DNA of 64,000 nt from NCBI GenBank assembly GCA_016748015.1, contig JAAOMT010000630.1, positions 377,308 through 441,307 of the forward strand, given 5' to 3'. How positions within the stretch are numbered: the stretch's first letter is position 1; each line of letters begins with the position of its first letter. Positions 14,774 through 26,779 of this stretch are shown here, piece after piece. The notes under the pieces are model-generated. The model was not told where the DNA came from, did no database searches, and worked only from the letters and a program-made list of their open reading frames with translations. The DNA comes from Geosiphon pyriformis uo1 (lineage: Eukaryota; Fungi; Glomeromycota). Both the position numbers and the translations under genes were made by a program.

Positions 14774-15230
14774 CAGCTGCCATTTCTGATAAGATCCAAA
14801 ATTTCTGTGATTTTTTTATTTGCGTTTATTATAAAAAGATCACTGAAATCTTTTGATTTGAAAAAATTGCGTGAATAGGTGAGCGAAAGATTTTGCGCGA
14901 TTTTCAATTGTCATTGTTTTACCTTAAAAGTGAACAATAACAATGAAATTTTTCTTTACGCGGGTGGTATTTTTATCTCTTGAATAGGTTAGAAATTAAA
15001 CCTGAAATCTCGGTAAAATAAGCAGATGATCAAATATCTCGTTGGATAAACCTTATTCAAGTCTTAGAAATCAGCACAATGCAAATTCTCAAAGTTGCTA
15101 ATTGGTTTGCTTTTATTCCCTCCAATAATAACTAATACCAATTTGCGCTGCAATGCATACCTTTTATACCTTAATAAAAATAGCAAAACAGCGAAGCCAA
15201 TTGTCACATTTAATAAAATCCAATTCGAAA
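14774..15230. repeat. Duplicated upstream non-coding block, copy 2
   Basis: Aligns by eye to 10180-10675. Confidence 0.8.
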
Positions 15231-15412
15231 AAAGTAACGTTTGCGCTTCCATTTGAAAATAAAAAAAAAGATTGAAGTTTTTAATTAGGGCGAACTTAAA
15301 TTTAAACTGTTTAAAGTGCATAATATTTCTCCCAGCCTATTATTGGTTTTTGGCTATAAAAACTATCTAGCTCATAATTTTTTGTACAGAACCTAGGAAT
15401 AAGAAATTTGAT

Positions 15413-16893
15413 ATGTCTGATATTTCCGAATTTCAAAAAGAATTTTGCGCTGATATTGGGGAAATTCTTGAACAAAATAATACACATGATGTAATTATCT
15501 ACGTCGGTGAAGAGCCAAGCATTAAAGAATATAAAGCCCATTCTATTATATTATGTGCGAGGTCGCATTACTTTCTCACCGCTCTATCAGCTGATTGGGC
15601 AAAGAAAGAAGATGGAATCTTTGTGTTTAAAAAGCCGAACATTTTACCCAAAGTTTTTGAAGTTATCTTGAAGTATGCTTTCGAATATTTAGTATTTAAT
15701 TAATATTTTTAAAACATCGTTACCATTTGTTAAAACTTTTTCAAAACCTAAATAGATTTTTATACAGCGCAACTGTTGACCTGAAAAGTCAGGAAGCTCC
15801 AGAAATTTTGAAACTTTTAATTGCAGTTGATGAATTAGAATTGGATAATTTATCGGCTCATATACAACAATACTTGATCAAAGAGAAACATGAATGGTTA
15901 AACCAAAATTTCGTGCAAGCGCTTGATATTGTTTTCAGGCATGAAGCGTGTCACAGCCTCCGTGATTATTGTCTCGAGGCTATTTGCGCAAACCCGAAAT
16001 TAATTTTTGAATCAAAGAGTTTTCACTCTATCGACAGATCTATTCTTTTAATGCTCTTGAAACGGGATGACCTTGACATTGAAGAAATAAAAATTTGGGA
16101 GTATTTAATTGATTGGGGTACGGCACAACACACATCCTTGAAAAAGGAGGTTTCTAAATGGTCCCGAGAAGACTTCATCGCAGTAGCAGCTACCTTAGAA
16201 CCACTGCTACCTCTAATCCGATGGGGAGAGATTGAGTCATCTGATTTTCAGCACAAGGGTTTCTCTTATAAGCGGGTATTCCCCGAGCCTCTTTTTGACA
16301 ACATCATTGAGCATTATCTGAATTCGAGTATACCAATTCAATCTACTTTGAAACCTCGATTACCAGCTCAAATTGACTCCACTATAATTGATAAGAAGAT
16401 CGCAAGAGTAATCGGTAATTGGATAGCAGGAACGAACTCGATATCAGAGCAAAAGCATTCCTACAAATTTGAAAACTTGTTTCGCGCCAGTCGGGATGGA
16501 TTTGATAGTGGAAATTTTCATAGTAGATGTGATAACAAAGGACCTACATTCACTATCGTAAAGCTTTCATCAAACAATATTATTGTTGGCGGTTATAATC
16601 CTCTAAACTGGACCAGTAATATAGGTTATGAATATTCGAATTCTAATTTTATTTTTCAGTTTTCGGATTCGAGTAGTCAATCAGGGCTGATTGGTCGAAT
16701 TAAGGCCTATAACCAAAATGCTGTTTATAACCATCCTAGTTATGGACCAACTTTTGGTGGTGGAAATGATTTCCTTATAAATGGGACGTATTGGCGTCAT
16801 TCTGCAGAGAATAGTTATCCAAATATTTTTCCTTCCTTTAGTGTAGGTTTTAACCATCAGATGCAAGAATATGAAGTTTTTAGAGTTTTATAA
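15413..16893 (+). CDS. BTB/POZ-BACK-TLDc protein, copy 2; exons 15413-15672 and 15756-16893 (~465 aa)
   Basis: Close paralog of 10800-12264 with the same 260-nt first exon and the same intron position (GTATGC..TAG). All BTB and TLDc motifs are present. Confidence 0.92.
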
Positions 16894-18659
16894 AGCATTT
16901 AACTTGACTTTTTCTCTCTAAAAAAATTACTAGTCTATGTTATCTTTTTACTAATAAATTCAATAATCATATCATAATATATTTCAAAATAATAGTAAAA
17001 TTAGGAATATAGAATATGTTTGAACACAGTAAAATTAAGGAAACAATATATTTTATACTTTTTATTATTTTTTTCCGCAAAAATCTTAAAGATTTTATAG
17101 TAGAAACGTTAAAGAAATGTAGAAATGAAAAACATATCTATAATTTAGGATTTTTTTATCACTTTTTATTAAACTGATATTAAAAACCCTCATGAAATAT
17201 TGGTTACTAAACTTTTTTCAAAACCTGCCATATTTAAGTAATCTACACTTATTTTTAACTATTAAGTATGATAAATATAAATATTTAATAATTACTTTTA
17301 TTAAAAATCAAATAAATTGTATTAAAATTCTAATAGAACTTACCAAAAAATAAAAAAAATTTGGTAAATACAATTAAATAAATCACAAAATTTTAAAACA
17401 AATTATGAATGGTATTTTAATGAAATAAACATAATCCATCAATAAACTTTATTAAAAAAAAAATTATTGCTAAATGATTAAACAAATAATAAATTAAACA
17501 ATGAATACAATTTAAAGAAATTTTGTAACTTAATAAATCTGTTTCTGTTACAATTTATTATCGTGAAAAAAATACATTAAAAAATTGAGCAAGCTTTCGA
17601 TTTAATTAAAATTTTTAAAAAAACTAAATATATTTTTAACTTGTTAAAAATTATAATATTTAATTTATAAAAAAAATTAATTTTTTCAGTTTTTACATTT
17701 AGTAATTTTGATAACCAAATCTTTATTTAATAAATAGGTTTTTATATAATTGTTTTTTATGATTGTTTAACAATAGAAATTTATTTTCAATTTTCTTAAT
17801 GCCTAATTTAATAACATCGAATTTTAAAAAGAACAATTTCAAAACATATAATTTTGCAAAGATATAAAAAAGATTAAAAGATATTTTAGTTTTTTTAAAA
17901 AAAATTTTAATACAATTAATAATTTTAATATTTTTGAAGTAACAAAATTTAAAAATAACACAACTTGTAATACGTTATTAATTTTTATATCAAAAAATAA
18001 ATTTTTTAAACTTTAATAATTCAGGAATAGCAAAAATAATAATATTCAAAATAATTTTTTTTTAAATATATTTATTTTAATATTGAAATAATATATAAAT
18101 GGTTTGAAATTTACGATATAAATAAATTTGATATACAAAATATATTAACTTTTATTATTATCTCAAATTGTTAAAATATAAAATATTTTTAATTAATAAT
18201 TGATCGCATTGTTGATAAATAAATTAATTACATTTAATAATATTTGATAATTAATAATTAATAAATTTAAAAATAAATAACAGTTCTTTGGTCTTTATTT
18301 TTATTAATCAATAATATTTTTTAACAAAGATTTGTGATTATACACTTTTAAAAGATTTACAAATGTTATCTTTATATTTTTTTTAATACTATTTTATGTT
18401 TAATAATAAACTTTGAAAAAAATAAAAGACTGAGAGAGAATTCTTAACAAATAAAAAGTTCAAGAATGTTAGAGAGAGCAGAAAATTTCCTTATTTACAT
18501 TGCATAAACGGGTAGAATTCAAATGACTGCAAAAGCGTAAAAGGGAGCTTGTCATTATCATTCCTATTTTAGTTAAATGAAAACCTGAATTGAGTCACAC
18601 TTTGGTGATTGCTAGTTTTGATAGCTCATTTAAAAATGGAATTTTCAGGTTTGATTATA

Positions 18660-19545
18660 TTCTAACGTAAGAGAAAATTAAAAGTTTTAAGAAAATAGCT
18701 TACCGGACTTTCTCTCAATATATCTTCATCATCCATCCCAAGACAATAAATTAAATCAAAACTATCACAATCGCATTGAGTTTTGATCAAGTATTTCGTT
18801 CCTGAATTTACATACATAGCGGGAATTTTATTACTCGTATGAAATTGGAATCTAGTAACTTGGTCATCCATTAAAGTAACTACTGTTAATTGATTGTTAA
18901 CATGTCTTGTAAATTCTATATTCCATGTACTCAAATACGACTTCAGTTGCTATGATAGAAAAAATTATTGTCAAGAGCATAAAATAAATTCGTCCTAAAG
19001 AAATGGGAGAAGTTCTAATTTTAGTTTTAAATTAAAATTCATAGAAATAGAATAAACAAATAAATTATGGAAGATACCTCTAATTTTGTGATCTTTTATA
19101 ATATGTGTTAATTGGCTGGGATTATACCTATTTTTTAAATATCCGGCTAATTCATGAAATCTCCCAATTATCCTTACGCCATAAATTCGTGTTGGCCATC
19201 GAAGTTTTTCTCGATATTTGATTCAGGTTGAGAGGCACAACTGCTGACTAATAATTTATTCACTTTTATCTGAGCCGTTTAGAAACTGCTTTAGCGTATC
19301 CTCTTACGCTTATTGTTTTGCTGAGTTTTTTCTATTATATTAGAATTTTTATCTAAATTAGTTTCGAAAATAATATTAAGTCGCTTCGACAAGTATTTGA
19401 CAATTTTGTTTGAATCACAGAATACAAAATTTTCTTATATATTCTCTGAATCATTCCAAATCTCTAGTTTAGATTTAACTAAGCTATATAGAAAAAATGC
19501 AAATATAGCGATAATACTGGGAAAATAAATGAAATAAGGAACCAA
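18660..19545 (-). pseudogene. Decayed paralog of the lipase-fold gene at 22124-23584
   Basis: Shares RHVNNQLTV..MDDQ.TRF and IKTQCDCD.FDLIYC, the signal-peptide region and the splice donors. The start codon is lost, the 5' part is disrupted and there is an internal 349-bp deletion. The 3' boundary is uncertain. Confidence 0.8.
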
Positions 19546-20880
19546 TTTGCTTAGTTATTGACTACTAAATTATAAAAATTTTTATTTTTCTTCACCCTTA
19601 TTTTCTCATTAATTTCTTTTGGTAAGCAAAATTTTAATCTTTATTGTTTAGTAAACAAGCAATGATAATATAAAATATTAATTTTTTTATTATAAATTAA
19701 ATAGCTCAATTTTGTTTTTGATTTACTGTACTAAACAGCAAAATAGTGATAATTTTATCCCTAACAAATTTTTGATAAAGTTTCCCATTGTTAAAAACAT
19801 TTTTTTCGGTATTTGAGCAAAGGTAATATGTATGATTTTTTACGGTCAGTTAAATTATGCTGTAACTATTAGTTATTGAAAAAGCGGAAAAGTAATTTGG
19901 AAAAGAATAATAGCTCAAAATTTAAAACTAATCGTAACAAGAAGGTAAAATATGCTTTAAAGTTAATGAAAAAGGGATATATAGTTTTGACAAAATATAG
20001 AAACGAATAAATTTAGAAGATTAATTATAATAAGCCAAACTTATAGCAGATGATCAAAACACAAAATACTTTACGATAATGATTTAATGTATGTATTTTT
20101 ATTTTCCCATCATACTCTTTTATTGGAATACTGTGCTTATCAATTACAATTTATCGAAATACTGAGAAGGGACGATGAATACCAAGTCGATGTTTACCCA
20201 ATTAAAATTTAGAGATTTATTTGTATCTCTTTGCAACATTAATAAACTCAAGGAGTTTAAATATATTTTATATAACATTGACAAAAAAAATAATATATAT
20301 TATTTTTTATTCTAGAACTCTCTATACTAGAAAACTAAACAATTTTTTCATCTGCAATGTTCATTATTTAACTACTTTGATAATATTTCGATCAACGGAG
20401 CATATACTGTGAAAGCAGTTTTGGAAAAGGAATAAAATTACTTTGAATTTTTCTTTAATTAAAATATTAAAATAAAAATCTAAAAAAAAACTTGGTTCTC
20501 CTTCAGTTTTCAATTTTAGTTTAGACATTAAATTATGAATTTAATAAATAGTGATTTGTAATTTTTGAAATTAAAATTATGAATTATGAAGCTTTTTAAA
20601 TTAAGCAAAAATCTATGGTTGTTTTGCTTTATTTGTTATCTAATCAGAAAGCCCTAGCATCTCTTCTACAAACTTTGGTTAGTCTTATTTGAAGAGATGA
20701 TGTAGCATATGCTAAAAAAGATGAACCTTTAAACTTTGTGCTGACTTGAAACTTGAAAATAAATTATTGCACAAAAATATTTTAAATACACGCAAACATT
20801 GGTTCCATGTCCAGTGAACCAATTTTCATGATATCAGCACGATAAAAGATGTTTTTCACAGTTTAAATAAATCAAAAGAA

Positions 20881-20940
20881 AGCAAGCAAACAGATAAACA
20901 AACAAGCAAACAAACAAATAAACAAACAAACAAAAAAAAA
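20881..20940 (+). repeat. Imperfect (CAAA)n microsatellite running into poly-A
   Basis: Read directly from the sequence. Confidence 0.8.
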
Positions 20941-22123
20941 ATAGTTTAACGTTTCTTTATACATTCATTCCCTTTCAAGATTAAATAAATAAAAAAATTA
21001 ATACCAAAGTTAATTTGACAACAATTTTTGTCAAATAATTATTTCCATGAAAAAGTAGTAATAATTTATTCACGTAATATACATGTATTAAGGGCTCTAC
21101 AAAATTTTTAACAAGTAAAAAATTTCTCGTTAATTAAACGTCATTAATTATTGAGTGTTAGTATTTATTCTTAACAGTTTGATTAAAAAAAATTTTTATA
21201 ATTTTTTTTGAAGCTCAATTTTTTGATTACATGATCCAAATTTTTTGGAGAACATGTTTTTTTTTATAAAGAAATAACAGGATAGAAATATTTAATTGTT
21301 AATAATAAATATTTTTTTTCTTAAATTGTATATATTGGTTGATATTGTCAAAAAAAAATTGTTGCATAAAGTAAAACCGAAAATAGAAAATGAAAAAAAA
21401 ATTTAAATTTTTTGTTTTATATATATATATATACAATCAATATAAATTTCTAATATTTTTTTTACAATATTTATTATTATTTAATTAAATTTTCAATTAA
21501 AAAAAGTTAATAAATTTTTAATTGTTTAATTTATTTATAAAAATATTGTATAACATAAAATATTTTATACATTAAAAGTAAAAAAAAAAAAAACTTTTTA
21601 AGAAAATTATTTTTTTCTAATAAAATGTAATAATCATGTTTATTAACTAATATCAAATTTTTATTTCATGCCTATATTTTAAAATTATAAACCCATTTTC
21701 AAAATTTATATTAAAAAATAGTTTTGTAATTTACAACATACAATTCAATTTTAATTTCTTAGTCATAATTTATAAAATAAAAGGTAAAAATTTTTTTAAA
21801 AATATAACTATTTAAGTCTATTTATTGAAATCTTTTAAGAAATTTCAAGTATTCAATTTTTAAAATATCAAGAAATTTTATATAAAACATATATATCTAG
21901 AATTTAACTATTTTGATATATATATATCTAAATAAAATATTATGTAAAAAGTTAAATGTCTAATATGAATTTTTATCGGGTATCATTGAAAAAATATTTA
22001 AAAACTTTTAAAAAAGCGATTTTTTTTAGATTTAGTAGCTCAAAATTTTAAAAACCAACCTCGCTCCCAAATTATTGTTTTTTTAATCGCAACTTTATTT
22101 AAAAAAATAGTAAACTACTCATT

Positions 22124-23584
22124 TCAGTTCCTCAACATTAAAGAATGGTATTTATTATGTTTTTTTATATGACCATATGTATAACCAAAATAAGGACCAT
22201 CATATGTAAATTTGGGTTCATGTTCAGGTTGTGCATTATTACAATACTATAAAATAGAATTCCCCAATTTAATCCTAATCTAGCTTAAAAGAAAATCAAA
22301 ATTTTCAAGAAAATTGCCTACCGGATTTTCTATCAATATATCTTCATCTTTATCATCTATCACAGGACAATAAATTAAGTCAAACCTATCACAATCGCAT
22401 TGAGTTTTGATCCAGTATTCCATCCCTGGATGTACATACATAACGTGAGCTATATTACTCGTTTGGAATGGGAATCTAGTAATTTGGTCATCCATTAAAG
22501 TGACTCGGTATACTGTTAATTGATTGTTAACATGTCTTGCAAATTCCATATTCCCAATTCGTGGTAATCCAAAAGTATAGACAATAAAATTCTCAATTTT
22601 TGAAGAGAGCTCTTGAATCAGCAAGGCTGTAAATATTGCATATACTATATTTTTTAAAATGAAAAAAAAATTAAGAAATTCTACCACTACAACCAAAATA
22701 AAAATGTGTGCAGCAAAATATACCTCCTCCTAAGCGATGTCCAAGTAAATAAAGGCCTGTTTTTGTACTGGTATTTATCATATTCAATAAATATAATATT
22801 ATTTCATCTTTGGCTTCCAAGAAATCAGTATAAAAGATTTTATCAACCTTTGCATCTTCAATATCGGGATAAGATTTAAATATATTTTCTCGGTTTTTAT
22901 TCCATGTGCTCAAGTACCGAATTTCAGGGGCTATTATAGTAAATAACATTGTATGATGTGTAATATCAACTCTTCCTATAGAAAGTGGAGAAATTCTAAT
23001 TCAAAATTTTTAATTCAATTGACAGATACGGATTGAAAAGTTTAATTACAGAAAATACCTCTAATTTTGTAATCTTTTGTAATATATCTTAATTTATCAG
23101 GATTATAATTGTCTGCCAAATGTTTTGCGAATTGAGTAAATAAATTAATTTTTTTTTTGCCTTGAACTTGAGTTGGTTTCACAAGTTCTTTCTCCAATGT
23201 TGGTTCCATAAGTTCTTTCTCAAATTCAGAGTCAATATTTCTAGCTGATAAAATATCTCTTTTTGTTTGAGCTGATTGAAAACTATTTTGTCGTTTGTTT
23301 TTACACTTCTTTTGTCGAGTTTTTCCTAGAAATTTTTTAGAGGATAATCGGCAATAATTTTTAAAGATAATTTCTGTATTGAACTTTTTATCCTCATTCT
23401 TCTTGGAAATGATCTTTTGTTGTTTTGGAAAGGTTATAATAATTTTATTCCGATCGAGAGATGCTATTTTGTCTAAAATATTTTCTGAATTATTCCAAAT
23501 CTCTGCATTGGATTTGATTAAAATATATTGAAAATATTCAAATATAGTGACAATAATTAGAAAAATGATAAAGGAAGAAAACAT
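22124..23584 (-). CDS. Secreted class-3 lipase-like protein, probably catalytically dead; exons 23584-23059, 22975-22724, 22644-22322, 22246-22124 (~407 aa)
   Basis: Four exons join in frame at GT..AG introns. Hydrophobic N-terminus; GHRLGG|VYAIF; VYTFGLPRIGN; YRVT..DDQITRFP; YVHPGMEYWI; Cys-rich CDCD..YC; C-terminal YDGPYFG. Confidence 0.8.
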
Positions 23585-26162
23585 TTTGTTTAATTATCAA
23601 TTACTAAATCACACAAAAAATTAATATATATATATATTACTATATATATCTCAAGTATATTTTTGTTTAATCATTCTCCTTTATTAAGCAAACTTTAATC
23701 CCATTTTTTATTATGAGTTAATATTCTTTAATTTATAAAACATTTAAAAAATTGATGATTTAAACGAATTAAATTAGTTCAAATAATTAGCACGATTAAT
23801 ATTGGGTATCAAACATTCTAAACTATAGCCATTCGCATTTTGTATCATCCCTATCATATATTTGTGTTTAAAAAAAAGTTAATGATTTAATTGAATGAAA
23901 AACATTTTTTTTTGATTTTTAGAAATTTTCATAATGTCCAATTATTTACTTGTTTTAGTTTTTATGTATGTTAGTGTATTGTTTTTAAAAAAATATACTT
24001 TTATCAACATAACCAATTTCCAAAAAACTCTTTATTTTTCACATTATAAAAATTTCTATTTTTCCGAGATTAAATATGTTTAATGTTTATTTTAATTATG
24101 TCCAAATACAATAATTTTGTTTCCGACAAATTATAGAAAGGATTAATTAGAAAATAAATGAAGATTTTAACCAAATTATTTGATAATAATGATTAAATAT
24201 TTATATTTTCTTTTTTCTAAAATAATAATATAATTGTCAATTAAAATTTAATGAGTTTTAATTAATATAATGGCAAGGAAACGAATATCAGGCTTTTAGG
24301 AAAGCTAGTTTCACTTACCCTTCCCCTTTCCCCCTCCCCCCCAAAGATCGGAATATTATTAAATGATTAAACAATAGAAATCACTGACAGTCAGAAAGAG
24401 TGATTAGAAATAGTAATTGGTATTGATTAGATTAAAAAATTTTGTTAATAAAAAAAGCTGTATATATAATTATTGATAAACTATAATATTCTATAATAAT
24501 TATGCAAAGATTTTAGAATTTATAATACCAAAGAAAAAAATGAAATTATAATTTAATTAAAAAATATATTAAACAATATAATTACAATGTAACAAAAAAA
24601 TTAAACATTCTAGATTTAAGAGTTTTTATTATTTTAAGTGAGAATAATAAATAAATATGGATTGAAATATCATATGAATACAAGTCAATAATGAATAAAA
24701 AATTTATGTTTAAAATTTTTATCAGTTTAATCATTTACCTCGAATTATTATTAATGATTAGATGAATTTTTTTCTAAAGTTTTTAAAAATTGTAAAATTT
24801 TTATTTAGTTTAAAAAGTCAAAAATTTCTAAAATATTATTTATATTATCAAGGCAAAAAAATTTTTGAACCTTTGCACTTTTATGAATCTTGAGAGATTT
24901 TTAATATTAGAAAAGAAAAATGGAAAACTTTAAAGGGTGCATATATTTTATTCATATTGTATTATAAGTTAAAGAACCCACAATAAATTTTACAAATTTC
25001 TATCTCAAGATTTAAAAATCTTTTAATCGATCTTATAAAGTTTTTGATGATCTAAATGTTATGAAACAAGGAATCAGTTACAATATTATTATTATTATTA
25101 TAGGGTTTAAAGATCGAATTTAATTATTGATTAAATGAATTTTCTCGGATCGTTTATTATGACAATCTCGCGTTGTATAATTTTCTACATTTATATGAAC
25201 CTCAAAACATTTAGATTTCAAATAAATGGAAATCAATAAATAAAATATGATTCGATCAATCTTACCTGGTAAAATGAACGCAACCTGACTATACCTTTGA
25301 GATTGAAAAAATTAAAAAGTAAATATCAAAAATAGTTTTTCTTAAAGTTCAAGTTTTTTTTCTTTTACTTATTTTTATTCGCAAAAAGTTTTTGATAGAA
25401 ATATAAAATTAAAAATTATATCGTATTCACATGAATCTTGCATAATTGTAAAATATTTTAAACGACTCTAGGGTTTAAATATTGTCTAAGAATAAAATCA
25501 TGAGTTAGAGGATTTACTCAAAACAAATTTTTTTTAATAATAAAACAAATTTTAGAAAATTTAAAATAGATTTTATTTAATTTCATTCAACACTTTTTGA
25601 CATTAGATAATGGCTATTTTTATTTTTATTTCATTTAATTAATGATTAAAAACGTGGTATCGAGCAACAAAATTAATTCAACCTGTAATAAAAAATTCAT
25701 CATCTTAAATAAACTTTGCTTTCAATGTTTAAGAAAATTAATAAAATTTTTATAAAATCAAAGTTTAACATAATGTTGAGAATTTTTCTTGACAAAATTT
25801 TTAACGGTTAAGATTAATTGTCAACAAATTTTTTACATTCAAAAAAAGTTATCTACAAAAATTACTAACGTTACCCCTAAAATTATTTACAAACTCAAAA
25901 GTCTTTTGGCTAGTTTATTTTCACCCGATTGATTGTGCAAATTGTAAACAATTTTAATACAAATATTATCATTATTTTAATTGTATAAATAAATCTTTTA
26001 GAATATTTGTTGATCTTTGAAGCAACGTCGAGTTTCGAAATTTAAATTTAAATTTTTCCGATTCATCGATTATCAACATTCGAAATATCCTTTATCATTT
26101 TTCTTCTCTTATTCACAATTGACTTTAATTTCAAAAAAAAAATTTAAATAACGAATTTGTTT

Positions 26163-26717
26163 TTGAAACTCTAATTATTTCAGCTCTTATTGCTTATTTT
26201 ATGCAATTTTTGGTCAATCGTTCATGCCAAACCAATTCCAACCTTTGGAAATAACTTTGATAGTGATTCTTTTTCATTTGAAATGGAGACAATATTTTAT
26301 TAGATGAACCAACATCTCCATAAATAAATTGGTCCAATGGTTTTATTCTAAATGAATAGTGAAGTTTTATTCTCAAATAAACTTTCGTCATCGTCATCGT
26401 CATCGACGAATGTTTGGGAGCCAAATGAATTCAAAACGAATGGAGAGGATAAAGAGATTTTCTTAAACATTAATAAATAAACCGATCAAACGAATTTGAA
26501 AACCATTATTGATAACACTGCACTTGTACAAGACTTATCTGAAACTAACATTTCACAATTCACAAGCAATCAAGGTTTCCCTTTTCTGATGCTGAATTGG
26601 TTAATATCTTTGCTTCAAATTATGATAACAATATGAATACTCAAATACTTACATCAGCAACTGAAGAAGATCCACAGGTATTACCCGCAAGTGCGAAAGA
26701 AAAAGAAGGATTCTAAG
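26163..26717 (+). pseudogene. Probable pseudogene of a small secreted protein
   Basis: One frame reads LKL*LFQLLLLILCNFWSIVHA|KPIP (signal-peptide-like), then a Ser-run and acidic sequence with several TAA/TAG stops. The region has higher GC and CpG content than its flanks. Confidence 0.4.
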
Positions 26718-26779
26718 TTATTGCTAGAATAGCTAATAAAGCCATTTGTCATAAAAAAAAAACTAAAAGATTCAAACGA

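Noticed and set aside
14170-14907. Two long ORFs in the ORF track
   Set aside because: Artifacts of translating through the N gap.
15064-15321. Small hydrophobic ORF resembling a membrane-anchored protein N-terminus
   Set aside because: The frame is not preserved in the duplicated block upstream of copy 1, and no downstream exons were found.
20690-20825. C/D-box snoRNA-like motifs (ATGATG..CTGA) and a small TTGGTTC/GAACCAA hairpin
   Set aside because: Imperfect C box, weak terminal stem and no rRNA guide identified; compatible with chance.
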